DNA of 64,000 nucleotides from a virus (Duplodnaviria; Caudoviricetes): IMG/VR virus record IMGVR_UViG_3300018475_000011, positions 1 to 64,000 of that record; one strand, 5' to 3'. Shown piece by piece: positions 45,219 to 54,006 of this stretch (position 1 is its first letter; each line of letters starts with the position of its first letter). The notes under the pieces were generated by a model. It saw only the letters and a program-made list of their open reading frames with translations, ran no database searches and was not told where the DNA came from. The position numbers and the translations under genes were made by a program.

Positions 45219-45704
45219 ATGGCAAAAAGATTACACTATGAATTGGGTGGAAATGAAGATGATTATGTTAAGCAATGTTTGAGATGCCGACATAATTACA
45301 CGAAAAGGAACGAAAGCGATACTTTGTATTGCACTCTTTCGGAATGTCGCTTTGAAGAAATACAAGGCGGGACATTGGTTATGACCTTGAAGAAAAAGTG
45401 GTTTGATATGATATTGTCGGGGGAAAAGACGGAAGAATATCGGGAAATGAAAACCTATTGGGAAAAGCGGTTCGATAATTATTTCGGTCGGCATTATGAT
45501 TTACAAAATCCTTCAAATCTTTTGTGGAACAATCAGATAAAGAACATTGTGTTTCGTAATGGTTATGGAAATGATAAGCCCGAATTTACCGCCAAATGCT
45601 CTATAAGCGAAGGATATGGAATAGAAGCATGGGGAGCAGAGCAAGGCTGTAAATATTATGTGTTAAAAATACATAAGGTTTTTAATCAACGAAATATCAT
45701 ATAA
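45219..45704 (+). CDS. ASCH-domain protein with Cys-rich N-terminus
   Basis: TLKKKWFDMILSGEKTEEYRE signature. Confidence 0.8.
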   Translation: MAKRLHYELGGNEDDYVKQCLRCRHNYTKRNESDTLYCTLSECRFEEIQGGTLVMTLKKKWFDMILSGEKTEEYREMKTYWEKRFDNYFGRHYDLQNPSNLLWNNQIKNIVFRNGYGNDKPEFTAKCSISEGYGIEAWGAEQGCKYYVLKIHKVFNQRNII

Positions 45705-45720
45705 TACGGAGAGATAGAAT

Positions 45721-45945
45721 ATGCAAAAGGGAGATATAGTAAGAAATAATTGTCAATCCAATGGCAATCCATATAGACATCAAATTGTCGTAGGCGTTTT
45801 TAATGGTGGCAAAAGCGTAAGAACCATTGATTACATGGGAAATACTCACGTTTTTGATAATGCAATAGAACACATGGAAGTAGTCGGGCATTCCAAAGAA
45901 TATGATGCCTACATGGAATCATTAAAGGCACTAACTACTTATTAA
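45721..45945 (+). CDS. Hypothetical protein
   Basis: GGAGA RBS. Confidence 0.7.
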   Translation: MQKGDIVRNNCQSNGNPYRHQIVVGVFNGGKSVRTIDYMGNTHVFDNAIEHMEVVGHSKEYDAYMESLKALTTY

Positions 45946-45967
45946 ATATAAGGAGAAAGGGATAAGT

Positions 45968-46450
45968 ATGTATTTCATTAAGAAAAAGGAAAATGAATGG
46001 TGGGAATTGGATAAAGAAACAATGTGTGCTTTTAACTTTTTCGGTGGCTATCATACAATCAAAGCAAATGAGCTTCAAACTTGTGAAATTGCAGAATGCG
46101 AAAATTGGCGTGACCTATATATAAAGAAGCATTATTGTCCCTTGGAAGTGACTATAAAATGGCGTGATGTTTGGATATCTCCCGAAGGAAAATATTACAA
46201 CGGGGAAGCACACGAAAACAGAGCGGAAGAAATCCTTGAAATCATATACGGGGAAGCCGATATTGATTGGGCGGGCGACAGATTAGAAGAGCTTGGGTGG
46301 ATAAGAGCAACGGCAAGTTTGATGTGGGAAGTAAGAGCAAATTCGGATTATTGGAACGGAAAGAAGCTCACGCAAAGACAATACGATGCTTTATGGGATT
46401 GGTGCGAATCACACAAAAAGACCCTTCCACAAAAAATAGAGATAATTTAA
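45968..46450 (+). CDS. Hypothetical protein
   Basis: WISPEGKYY...HE motif; RBS present. Confidence 0.7.
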   Translation: MYFIKKKENEWWELDKETMCAFNFFGGYHTIKANELQTCEIAECENWRDLYIKKHYCPLEVTIKWRDVWISPEGKYYNGEAHENRAEEILEIIYGEADIDWAGDRLEELGWIRATASLMWEVRANSDYWNGKKLTQRQYDALWDWCESHKKTLPQKIEII

Positions 46451-46462
46451 GGAGAAAAATAT

Positions 46463-46684
46463 ATGATATTTAAGTGGTTGATTATTGCATTCATAATTAT
46501 ATGTGCCTTGTTTCAAATAGGATTAATCGTTAGATTTTTCTGTTGTGTCCTTCCCAAGAAAAAAGATTGCCAACGGAACTGTCCCATGGGGTTTATGTGT
46601 ACTCGAACACATTATTACGCTCCATTAACGCCCGAAGAAGCAGAAAAAATAAAATATTATATAGAAAAGGGAGATTTGAAATGA
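46463..46684 (+). CDS. Small membrane protein
   Basis: N-terminal TM segment; AAGGAGA RBS. Confidence 0.65.
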   Translation: MIFKWLIIAFIIICALFQIGLIVRFFCCVLPKKKDCQRNCPMGFMCTRTHYYAPLTPEEAEKIKYYIEKGDLK

Positions 46685-46848
46685 AAGAATATTGCATGAT
46701 TGGAAAAGATATCGGAATTGTTGTGTATGCAAATAACGCTCTCGAAGCTATGCAGAAAGCAGAAAATGAATTGTTGCAAGGGTGGGGCGGGAGCATTGAA
46801 TTTTGTAATGAGAACGACCAAGAAGAATATGACAATGCCGAAGTATAA
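46681..46848 (+). CDS. Small acidic protein
   Basis: ATGA overlap with the previous stop; GGGAGA RBS. Confidence 0.6.
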   Translation: MKEYCMIGKDIGIVVYANNALEAMQKAENELLQGWGGSIEFCNENDQEEYDNAEV

Positions 46849-46877
46849 GCGAATGCGGGAAAGGTGGTTGTATAACT

Positions 46878-47093
46878 ATGAATAAAAACGGAAGTAGTAA
46901 CGATTTGAAAAAATTGTTAAGGGCGATGTGGAAGTGGAGCGATGCTGATTTGGCGAATTATTATATTGATGTATGTGCATATAACGACGATGATGCTATT
47001 AAAATAGGAAAGGAAATTCGTGAGATAATGGTATCAAGGTTCGTAGAAAAATATGCAGATATAAGACCCGAAGAAGAAAACGAAGAAGAATAA
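46878..47093 (+). CDS. Small acidic protein
   Basis: AAGGTGG RBS. Confidence 0.6.
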   Translation: MNKNGSSNDLKKLLRAMWKWSDADLANYYIDVCAYNDDDAIKIGKEIREIMVSRFVEKYADIRPEEENEEE

Positions 47094-47200
47094 TCATAAA
47101 TATAGGCAAATGTCTGTTCGATTTTGCTTGCAATCTGAATAGATTAGTGATATAGTTTCCTTAACACAACCAACTCTATTTTTAATATAAGAAAGGAAGT

Positions 47201-47548
47201 ATGCGTATGGGAAACTATTATGTAGGACAGACCGTATACAATTCGCTCAAAAAAGAAGATGAAGTTGTAGTTGGTGTGTCAGAAGAAATTATCAAGACTA
47301 GCAATGCAGACGGATTTGTAAGCGATTATGATATTGCCTATATTCTTCCTATGAGTTCAAAGGATATTGACAAAAAGTATCATAATATAAAATGTCATGT
47401 ATGCAAGGAATTGGAAAAAGTTAAAGAAGTAAGTGGAGATTATCCATTGGTAATGTTTGAAGATATTAATGGAAATAGGGTAATGCAATATCCTTACTTC
47501 TGCTATTCATGCGGTGCAAAATTATTTGAAGAAGAGCCACTTGGATAA
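47201..47548 (+). CDS. Zn-finger hypothetical protein
   Basis: CHVC...CYSC; GAAAGGAAG RBS. Confidence 0.7.
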   Translation: MRMGNYYVGQTVYNSLKKEDEVVVGVSEEIIKTSNADGFVSDYDIAYILPMSSKDIDKKYHNIKCHVCKELEKVKEVSGDYPLVMFEDINGNRVMQYPYFCYSCGAKLFEEEPLG

Positions 47549-47550
47549 AT

Positions 47551-47580
47551 AAAGAGCGTGTTTCGGCACGCTTTTTTATT
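47551..47580 (+). terminator. Intrinsic terminator
   Basis: AGAGCGTG-TTTCGG-CACGCTTTTTT. Confidence 0.8.
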
Positions 47581-47590
47581 TTACAAAATA

Positions 47591-47636
47591 TGCAATTATG
47601 TGTTGACAGAATCGTTACGCTATGTTATAATATAAT
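47591..47636 (+). promoter_or_regulatory. Class-I repeated promoter/operator, copy C
   Basis: TTGACA 47603, CGTTAC 47613, TATAAT 47626. Confidence 0.85.
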
Positions 47637-47664
47637 TAACTTGAAAGGGGGTGCAATTAAGCAC

Positions 47665-47870
47665 ATGAACAGATTGATGAAGCAAATGATTCGTTGGAAG
47701 ATGCAAAAGATTCTCTCGAATCATTAAAGGAAGCTATTACCAATTTGCTTACCGATGCAGAATATGAAGATTACGAATTTGGCGACGCTGACGACGCAAA
47801 AGAGAAGTCCGAAAGTGCTTGTAGCTCAATCGAAGAAGCTATCAGTAGCATGGAAGATGCTACCGCATAA
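47665..47870 (+). pseudogene. Frame-disrupted small acidic helical gene
   Basis: The ATG after the RBS opens a 20-codon frame; an overlapping frame encodes QIDEANDSLEDAKDSLESLKEAI...EDATA with no start of its own. Confidence 0.5.
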
Positions 47871-47901
47871 AAAGGGGATATACTTGCCATATATCATATA
47901 T

Positions 47902-47938
47902 AAGCATGGGTTATAAACATCAAAAGTAGCCCATGCTT
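47902..47938 (+). terminator. Hairpin
   Basis: AAGCATGGGTTA / TAGCCCATGCTT. Confidence 0.65.
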
Positions 47939-47953
47939 ATTTAATAAAGAATG

Positions 47954-48031
47954 AGTGGTAAAAATAACCATAAGAGAATAAGTAGTAAAAGTAAAGTAGT
48001 AAAAGTAACCTATGTTTATTTAGTGGTAAAA
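47954..48031. repeat. AGTRGTAAAA direct repeats, four copies
   Basis: At 47954, 47981, 47995 and 48022. Confidence 0.8.
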
Positions 48032-48034
48032 GTA

Positions 48035-48109
48035 TAGACAGAATGGCTAAATTGTGCTATAATGAACATATAATAAAGTAGTTAAGGTAACGGTCGTTAC
48101 TTTAACTAC
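48035..48109 (+). promoter_or_regulatory. Promoter plus 15-bp inverted repeat
   Basis: TAGACA-17-TATAAT, then GTAGTTAAGGTAACG-GT-CGTTACTTTAACTAC (48078-48109). Confidence 0.65.
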
Positions 48110-48137
48110 ACCAAAGAATAACGGGAGAACGAAAACC

Positions 48138-48545
48138 ATGAGAAGCATCTATGATAATCCTTATAAATATGCTTGCGTTTGCGATGTGCCTATTGAATTA
48201 GCAAAGATAGCGTGCCTAAAACATAGACACAATATTAAGGAGCAGAGAAAACATCGTGCATACTGTCCTTGTTGCAAATCAAAGCATTTGATATTTAACA
48301 TGGGTTCATACGAAGAAGGATATGGAGATTTCTTTGAATGCTATGAATGCGGGGAAACATTTGACCCTAGCGAAATACCTAACGTGGAATATTTTGATTA
48401 CATGGGGTGGGCTGACTTCGATGCGGTTTTATATTTCAGCGACACTAACAATAAGGAAGAAGGGTGGTTGGAAGCGTGCGGAGCAACCACACATGAAGAA
48501 TGGCTAAGATTTGCAAAGTCAATGATAGTCGGAAAAAGATATTAA
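48138..48545 (+). CDS. Zn-ribbon protein
   Basis: CPCC...CYEC. Confidence 0.7.
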   Translation: MRSIYDNPYKYACVCDVPIELAKIACLKHRHNIKEQRKHRAYCPCCKSKHLIFNMGSYEEGYGDFFECYECGETFDPSEIPNVEYFDYMGWADFDAVLYFSDTNNKEEGWLEACGATTHEEWLRFAKSMIVGKRY

Positions 48546-48571
48546 AATACAAAAGAGTATGGAGCGGAATT

Positions 48572-48760
48572 ATGATAGTGGTATATATAGGAATTGCAAT
48601 TATGGCAATAGGCGTTACTATGTTTTTAATACCAATGGCACTTGATAAGTGGGAAGCGTTGGCAAAAGCGGGATTTATTGTGTTTTGTGTGGGGATATTT
48701 ATAACCCTTATTGCATTATTAGTATCGCAAGGGGGTGTTTATTTTGGCATGGGGGATTAG
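48572..48760 (+). CDS. Small two-TM membrane protein
   Basis: GGAG RBS; hydrophobic. Confidence 0.55.
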   Translation: MIVVYIGIAIMAIGVTMFLIPMALDKWEALAKAGFIVFCVGIFITLIALLVSQGGVYFGMGD

Positions 48761-48959
48761 TCCAAAAGCTCCACCACGGGAAAAAATCAAAGCAGAGATG
48801 AATGATTTTCTCATGGGGTATAACAGTTGCGGGATTATTGATTATTCTACATATTCCGAAATGTACGATTTTACAATGGAATTATTAGATAGAATGTACG
48901 CACAAGGAATGACCGACGGCAAAATCATAGATGATGCCATTGCAAAGGAGCAAGAATGA
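48735..48959 (+). CDS. Hypothetical protein
   Basis: Operon-embedded ORF; start uncertain. Confidence 0.5.
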   Translation: MFILAWGISPKAPPREKIKAEMNDFLMGYNSCGIIDYSTYSEMYDFTMELLDRMYAQGMTDGKIIDDAIAKEQE

Positions 48960-49201
48960 AATATTATATAAGCAAACCAACTTCTCATAAAACAGATGAA
49001 CGTCTTATTGAAGGAATAAAATCGGTGGATTCAGAAGCGGAATTTGTCGGTAATTTATATAAAGCGGATATTGCTGTATTTCAGAAGGGGTGGACGAAAT
49101 CTAAAATATGCGTAGCAGATTATCACTTGGCAAGTGAAAGACGCATAGAAAGAAGGGAAGCCTATTTGTATACAGATAAGTATAAAGCCAAATTAAATTA
49201 G
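48956..49201 (+). CDS. Hypothetical protein (DUF4406-like pattern)
   Basis: KYYISKP...KADIAVFQKGWTKSKICVADY. Confidence 0.55.
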   Translation: MKYYISKPTSHKTDERLIEGIKSVDSEAEFVGNLYKADIAVFQKGWTKSKICVADYHLASERRIERREAYLYTDKYKAKLN

Positions 49202-49213
49202 AAAGGTAAACAA

Positions 49214-49531
49214 ATGGAAATATTATCAGAAATGCCTACGGGAATGGGCGGTAAATGGGTACTTGTAAAATATAAGGAAGATTTTTACGCATACGGTTAT
49301 GAGCGGGATTTACACTCGCTGTGGGGATTCCCCGTAAATCATTGCGGAACTAAAGACGATGTTTTGGGGCATTGTAAAGCGATTGCGGAATTGTGCAAAA
49401 AAAATATAGCCAAATACCATGCGGAAATTGCGAAGAAGCAATCTGACGGGTGGAAGCTCTTGCTCGAACAAGAAGAAAAAGAATTGGATATGCTGACTAA
49501 ATTCGCAAGCATCTTAACGGAAGCGATATAG
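49214..49531 (+). CDS. Hypothetical protein
   Basis: GAAAGG RBS. Confidence 0.65.
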   Translation: MEILSEMPTGMGGKWVLVKYKEDFYAYGYERDLHSLWGFPVNHCGTKDDVLGHCKAIAELCKKNIAKYHAEIAKKQSDGWKLLLEQEEKELDMLTKFASILTEAI

Positions 49532-49549
49532 GCACAATGGGGGTAATTT

Positions 49550-49813
49550 ATGAAAAATATTGATAACATTAAACTTTCTATTTGTAACGCTATTAACTCT
49601 TTGTCGGAAGAAGAACTACGTCAACTTATAATTTCATGTGGGGAATTTAAGGAGAGTGAAGGGCTTTTATCAATTCGGGCGGTGTATGGTTGTGATGAAT
49701 GCGAAAAAACATTTGATTACTGTGAGAATTATGGCTTAGATGCTCCATGTGAGAAGCGTTTTTATGATTATTGCAATATGGAAATTCTTGAAAGCGAAAA
49801 TAAATCTTCGTAA
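49550..49813 (+). CDS. Cys-rich hypothetical protein
   Basis: GGGGG RBS. Confidence 0.65.
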   Translation: MKNIDNIKLSICNAINSLSEEELRQLIISCGEFKESEGLLSIRAVYGCDECEKTFDYCENYGLDAPCEKRFYDYCNMEILESENKSS

Positions 49814-49822
49814 CTGTGGAGC

Positions 49823-50017
49823 TTGTATGAATGGAAAATCGAAATTTTTAGGGAATTTAATATGTGTACTAAGTTTGAGTGTAAAAAATCAAGTGAATGC
49901 GTAAACGAATATATCTGTGACGATGTTAGATGTCCGCATTTTCTTAACACAAATTGCTATATGTGCAAAAGGTCAAACGATTGCAAGCAAGCAAAGAACA
50001 GCGAAAAGGGGGAATAA
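49823..50017 (+). CDS. Cys-rich small protein (start uncertain)
   Basis: Eight Cys in 64 aa. Confidence 0.45.
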   Translation: MYEWKIEIFREFNMCTKFECKKSSECVNEYICDDVRCPHFLNTNCYMCKRSNDCKQAKNSEKGE

Positions 50018-50018
50018 C

Positions 50019-50252
50019 ATGAGCTTTTTTATAGGTTTAATCGTGGGTATCGCCTTTAATGTTATTGCAAGTCGCTTGATAAGAAGAGAAATGGAGAAAA
50101 GGCAAAAGATATTTGCATTGATAGTTTTATATATTACGGCGATTGTTCTAATCTTTTTGATTACGGTAGCGATTCCTATTGTGTTGGAAGGAACTACGCA
50201 AAATCTTTCAAGCGAAATCGCCGACATGGTAAAAGCGAATAGTGGAAAATAG
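50019..50252 (+). CDS. Small two-TM membrane protein
   Basis: AAGGGGG RBS. Confidence 0.65.
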   Translation: MSFFIGLIVGIAFNVIASRLIRREMEKRQKIFALIVLYITAIVLIFLITVAIPIVLEGTTQNLSSEIADMVKANSGK

Positions 50253-50267
50253 AAAGGAGCTTGGGAT

Positions 50268-50465
50268 ATGACAGTAGGGGAACTGATAGAATGTTGTTAT
50301 GATAAGATAATTATTTATACAACCATTGAAAATAAAACAAGTCCAAATGAAATGTTTAAGGATTTGTATAAGGGAGAGAAAGATAAAATCCCCAATAATC
50401 TTTTGGATAAGCCCGTACAATGCTTTGGAGCTAGGCGGGTAGATGTTATTGAAATTTGTATATAA
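50268..50465 (+). CDS. Hypothetical protein
   Basis: GAAAGGAG RBS. Confidence 0.7.
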   Translation: MTVGELIECCYDKIIIYTTIENKTSPNEMFKDLYKGEKDKIPNNLLDKPVQCFGARRVDVIEICI

Positions 50466-50482
50466 TAAGGAAGGAAATAAAA

Positions 50483-50830
50483 ATGCAGAAACAGCCACTT
50501 GTATCATTTGATATTTTGAAGAACGGGGACAAAATTATTAGTCCTATTGATAAGGAAGTAACGGAATTTTTGATTAGTAAAAACGGCGATAAGTATTTGG
50601 CAAGTAAACATAGTATGTTTTATTTTACTCAATTTAATCCAAAAGACTTCTATAAGTATGACGGAAGCAAGGAAGTAGGGGAAGTGGACGGCGATTATTT
50701 TAAGGATAATGATTGTTGCGTGCAAGAAAAGTGTCAATTTTATCAACCTTGTAACGAAGCATCACATTTGGGTTGTATGTACGGAGCGTGTGCGGAAGAT
50801 AAAGAATCGGAAAGGGAATGTAAAAAGTGA
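50483..50830 (+). CDS. Hypothetical protein with Cys-rich tail
   Basis: AAGGAAGG RBS. Confidence 0.65.
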   Translation: MQKQPLVSFDILKNGDKIISPIDKEVTEFLISKNGDKYLASKHSMFYFTQFNPKDFYKYDGSKEVGEVDGDYFKDNDCCVQEKCQFYQPCNEASHLGCMYGACAEDKESERECKK

Positions 50831-51099
50831 AGGAGATTACATTGATAAGCGACAACGCCCTTCGTCGATTGAGAGAAATGGGGTTTGTTATCTTGTGTCA
50901 AATTGCAGATGATTATATACGGTTTTATAATTCCGAACACGACATAGAAGTAACCCTTTATAAAAGCGAAGAGCGGGATTCGTATAAAGGCGTATATATG
51001 GACTTAAAGGCAAAAGGGGAATGGATTAAAGAGTGCAAGGGAAGAAACGTGGTGTCGCACATTGAGCGATATTTCAAACGAAACGGAATTAAGGAGTAG
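50827..51099 (+). CDS. Hypothetical protein (GTG start)
   Basis: GTGA overlap with the previous stop. Confidence 0.6.
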   Translation: MKEITLISDNALRRLREMGFVILCQIADDYIRFYNSEHDIEVTLYKSEERDSYKGVYMDLKAKGEWIKECKGRNVVSHIERYFKRNGIKE

Positions 51100-51101
51100 A
51101 T

Positions 51102-51596
51102 ATGGTAAAAGTGTTAATAGCCTATTCGGGTGGGGGCAAAACCGCAAAAATCAAAACAGACATAATCAATCACTATTACGGCGATGATGAAATAGGTCGT
51201 GATGTCTATATTATAGAAAGAGAAGATTATTCCGAATATAGTAGGGTTTTCAATTTGGATTATTTCAAAATAATTAAGCCTAGTTCGGATATGTCGTTTT
51301 TTGATGATGTAAGAGATAGTGATATATATATTGATTGTGAGTGCATGGAAGATGAATTTATGAGCAATGTATTAGGTATCATCAAGAACGCAAAAACACG
51401 CAAAAACAACGTGGTTATTACATTTTTAGATATTGAAAGAAGCAAGTATCAGCGGGCGATATTTGAATATGCCGACGAAGTATTGGTAGGAAAATGCGAT
51501 TTGCTTACAGAGCAAATTCTTGAAGCAATATTTTCGCAAAAAATAAGACCGCAACAGACACGGTACGAATTTAGAAAATTAGGGGGTAAAAAATAA
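51102..51596 (+). CDS. Short P-loop protein resembling the VirB4/HerA Walker-A region
   Basis: LIAYSGGGKTAKIKTDII...VYIIEREDYSEY. Confidence 0.6.
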   Translation: MVKVLIAYSGGGKTAKIKTDIINHYYGDDEIGRDVYIIEREDYSEYSRVFNLDYFKIIKPSSDMSFFDDVRDSDIYIDCECMEDEFMSNVLGIIKNAKTRKNNVVITFLDIERSKYQRAIFEYADEVLVGKCDLLTEQILEAIFSQKIRPQQTRYEFRKLGGKK

Positions 51597-51598
51597 TT

Positions 51599-51898
51599 AT
51601 GAATGGATATACATTAATGGCTGAAAGCTACAAAAAGGCGGTGGAAAAGGGAAAGATTGAAAAGGAAGTGGCTGACAAAGAAATTCGCATATATGATTTT
51701 TTGGCTACTTGCGACGAAGATGATATGTGTCGTTTGGTAGATAGCGGAGCATTTAATGATATTATTAAGGCATATATCGAATTAGCGATAAAGAACGCTG
51801 ATATAGGAGAGAAGGCAAAGGAGCAAGCCTTATCGCAAGTGCGTTGGGTATTTGATATAAAAAATGCAAAAGAAGCTCTTGCCGATTATTATAAATAG
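51599..51898 (+). CDS. Hypothetical protein
   Basis: AGGGGG RBS. Confidence 0.7.
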   Translation: MNGYTLMAESYKKAVEKGKIEKEVADKEIRIYDFLATCDEDDMCRLVDSGAFNDIIKAYIELAIKNADIGEKAKEQALSQVRWVFDIKNAKEALADYYK

Positions 51899-51912
51899 GA
51901 AGGAAATGGCAA

Positions 51913-52647
51913 ATGTTCAAAGGAAGAACCATTTACGGCTATTGCCGTGTAAGTACAAAGAAGCAATCCTTAGAGCGACAGTTTCGCAATATATTGGCAT
52001 TTTGTCCCGATGCGAATTTGGTGGTGGAAACCTTTACGGGAACATCACTAAACCGTCCCGAATGGAAGAAACTGTATAAAAAATTAAAAAAGGGGGACAT
52101 CATTATATTTGATTCAGTATCACGAATGTCCCGTGATTGCGAAGAAGGATTTGCTTTATATAAGGAACTGTATGAAATGGGCGTTGACCTTATCTTCTTA
52201 AATGAACGCCATATTGATACCATGGCATATAGAGAAGCATTGGAAGGTATTATTTCAGCAGAAGTATCGACGGGAGATAACGCTACCGATGAATTAGTTA
52301 ATTCTATAATGAAGGCAATCAATAAGTTTATGATGATAAAAGTCGAAGCAGATATCAAAAAAGCATTTGAACAATCCGAAAAGGAAGTCAAAGACCTTCA
52401 AAAGCGTACTAAGGAAGGAATTGAAACCGCAAAGAATAATGGGAAGCGTATTGGAACAGAAAAAGGGCGAAAGCTCAAAACCAAAAAGAGCGAATCTGCA
52501 AAACCTATGATAATTAAGCATAGCAAAGACTTTGGCGGTACGTTGTGTGATATTGATTGCATTAGGCTTGTCGGTATCTCTCGCAAAACATATTATAAAT
52601 ACAAGCGGGAGATAAAGAAAGCATACGAAAAAGGAGAAGCGGTATAA
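51913..52647 (+). CDS. Serine recombinase (resolvase/invertase)
   Basis: YGYCRVSTKKQSLERQ, GDIIIFDSVSRMSR, C-terminal HTH GISRKTYYKY. Confidence 0.93.
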   Translation: MFKGRTIYGYCRVSTKKQSLERQFRNILAFCPDANLVVETFTGTSLNRPEWKKLYKKLKKGDIIIFDSVSRMSRDCEEGFALYKELYEMGVDLIFLNERHIDTMAYREALEGIISAEVSTGDNATDELVNSIMKAINKFMMIKVEADIKKAFEQSEKEVKDLQKRTKEGIETAKNNGKRIGTEKGRKLKTKKSESAKPMIIKHSKDFGGTLCDIDCIRLVGISRKTYYKYKREIKKAYEKGEAV

Positions 52648-52648
52648 T

Positions 52649-53053
52649 ATGGCAAATAAACACTATCAATATTTTCAGCCCAATAAAAAGGACTTAAAAG
52701 ACGAATACGGCGATTGCGTAATTAGGTCATTTGTGAAGGCTACGGAATTGACATGGTTACAAATATTCGATGAATTACACCCGATATCACGGGAGCTTCA
52801 AGTGCCATTTAATTGCCGTCCGTGTTATGAAAAATATCTTGACGGGAAAGGATATACATATTACGGTATAAGTAATAAAAAAGGAACGAAGCGACCGACG
52901 GTGCTTTCATTTGCAAAGGAACACAAGACGGGAACTTACATATTAAGAGTAGCACATCATCTTGTGACCGTTGTAAATGGGATTTATTACGATACATGGG
53001 ATTGCGGAAGCAAATCTCTGTATGGGTATTGGGAAGTCGTGAAAGGAGAATGA
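52649..53053 (+). CDS. Hypothetical protein, possible papain-like Cys-His-Asp triad
   Basis: GDCVIRS...HHLVTVVNGIYYDTWD. Confidence 0.6.
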   Translation: MANKHYQYFQPNKKDLKDEYGDCVIRSFVKATELTWLQIFDELHPISRELQVPFNCRPCYEKYLDGKGYTYYGISNKKGTKRPTVLSFAKEHKTGTYILRVAHHLVTVVNGIYYDTWDCGSKSLYGYWEVVKGE

Positions 53054-53056
53054 GCC

Positions 53057-53305
53057 ATGATGAACTTTATTAATAACCTTTTTAATAAGAAAAGGGAAGA
53101 AAGCAACCAAAGGGAATATAACATTACCGTTGTATTAAAGGGGGAAACGGAGCGACGCATCAACGCTACGAATTGGCTATATGAAATTCCCAAAACCAAT
53201 GAAATATTACAATATAACGGTATCAGATACCGCATTACAAGAATTGTGCATCATTATAAGGAAGGATTTAAGCCTTATATCGAAATCGAAGGAAGTGAAA
53301 TCTAA
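53057..53305 (+). CDS. Hypothetical protein
   Basis: AAGGAGA RBS. Confidence 0.65.
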   Translation: MMNFINNLFNKKREESNQREYNITVVLKGETERRINATNWLYEIPKTNEILQYNGIRYRITRIVHHYKEGFKPYIEIEGSEI

Positions 53306-53329
53306 AATATCATATAATAAGGAAAAAAC

Positions 53330-53551
53330 ATGGAAAATAAGCATTTGAAACTAAAAAACAGATTGCGGGAATATCGGCAAGAGAAGGGCTTGACCCAACA
53401 AGAGCTTGCGGAAATGGTGGGAGCGTCCCGCAACACTATTGTTGCCATAGAGAACCGAAAGTTTTGTCCTTCTGCATACTTGGCTATTTGTCTATGCGAA
53501 GTGTTCAAATGCAAGTTTGAAGATATGTTTTTCCTTGGCAAATCCGAATGA
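53330..53551 (+). CDS. XRE-family HTH regulator
   Basis: LREYRQEKGLTQQELAEMVGASRNTIVAIE...PS. Confidence 0.9.
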   Translation: MENKHLKLKNRLREYRQEKGLTQQELAEMVGASRNTIVAIENRKFCPSAYLAICLCEVFKCKFEDMFFLGKSE

Positions 53552-53571
53552 TAAACAGATAGGAGAGAAAA

Positions 53572-53991
53572 ATGCAATTTGTTAATAAGGAAGCGTTACC
53601 CCAAAGCATTGTTGATGTGATTGATAAGGACGACTACGTTGGATATGTTAGAGTGTATTATAGTGGCGGGCGGTATGGTTCAAGATTGTTTTTTAAGGAT
53701 AGTGCAAACGGAACAATAGATAAAATAAAGGAAGCTGAAAAGCGGGGAATGGAAAGATATACTCCCGAATTAAAGAGTGCATTACAATCTGTATGTGAAA
53801 CTCTTTTTGAAGAAAGCAATCCGACGGGAAGATATGAATTATATGATTTTTGCGAAAAAAATCAATTCGACAAGACCGAAGCGGGTTGGATAGGATATTG
53901 TTACTTAGCACATTCAGCGTTTTTAATTAGTGTATCAAAGGACGATGATTATTTCTGTCGGGTATATTTTTATGACAGAGAGAATCAGTAG
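53572..53991 (+). CDS. Hypothetical protein
   Basis: TAGGAGA RBS. Confidence 0.7.
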   Translation: MQFVNKEALPQSIVDVIDKDDYVGYVRVYYSGGRYGSRLFFKDSANGTIDKIKEAEKRGMERYTPELKSALQSVCETLFEESNPTGRYELYDFCEKNQFDKTEAGWIGYCYLAHSAFLISVSKDDDYFCRVYFYDRENQ

Positions 53992-54006
53992 GAAGGAAGC
54001 GAAGAA

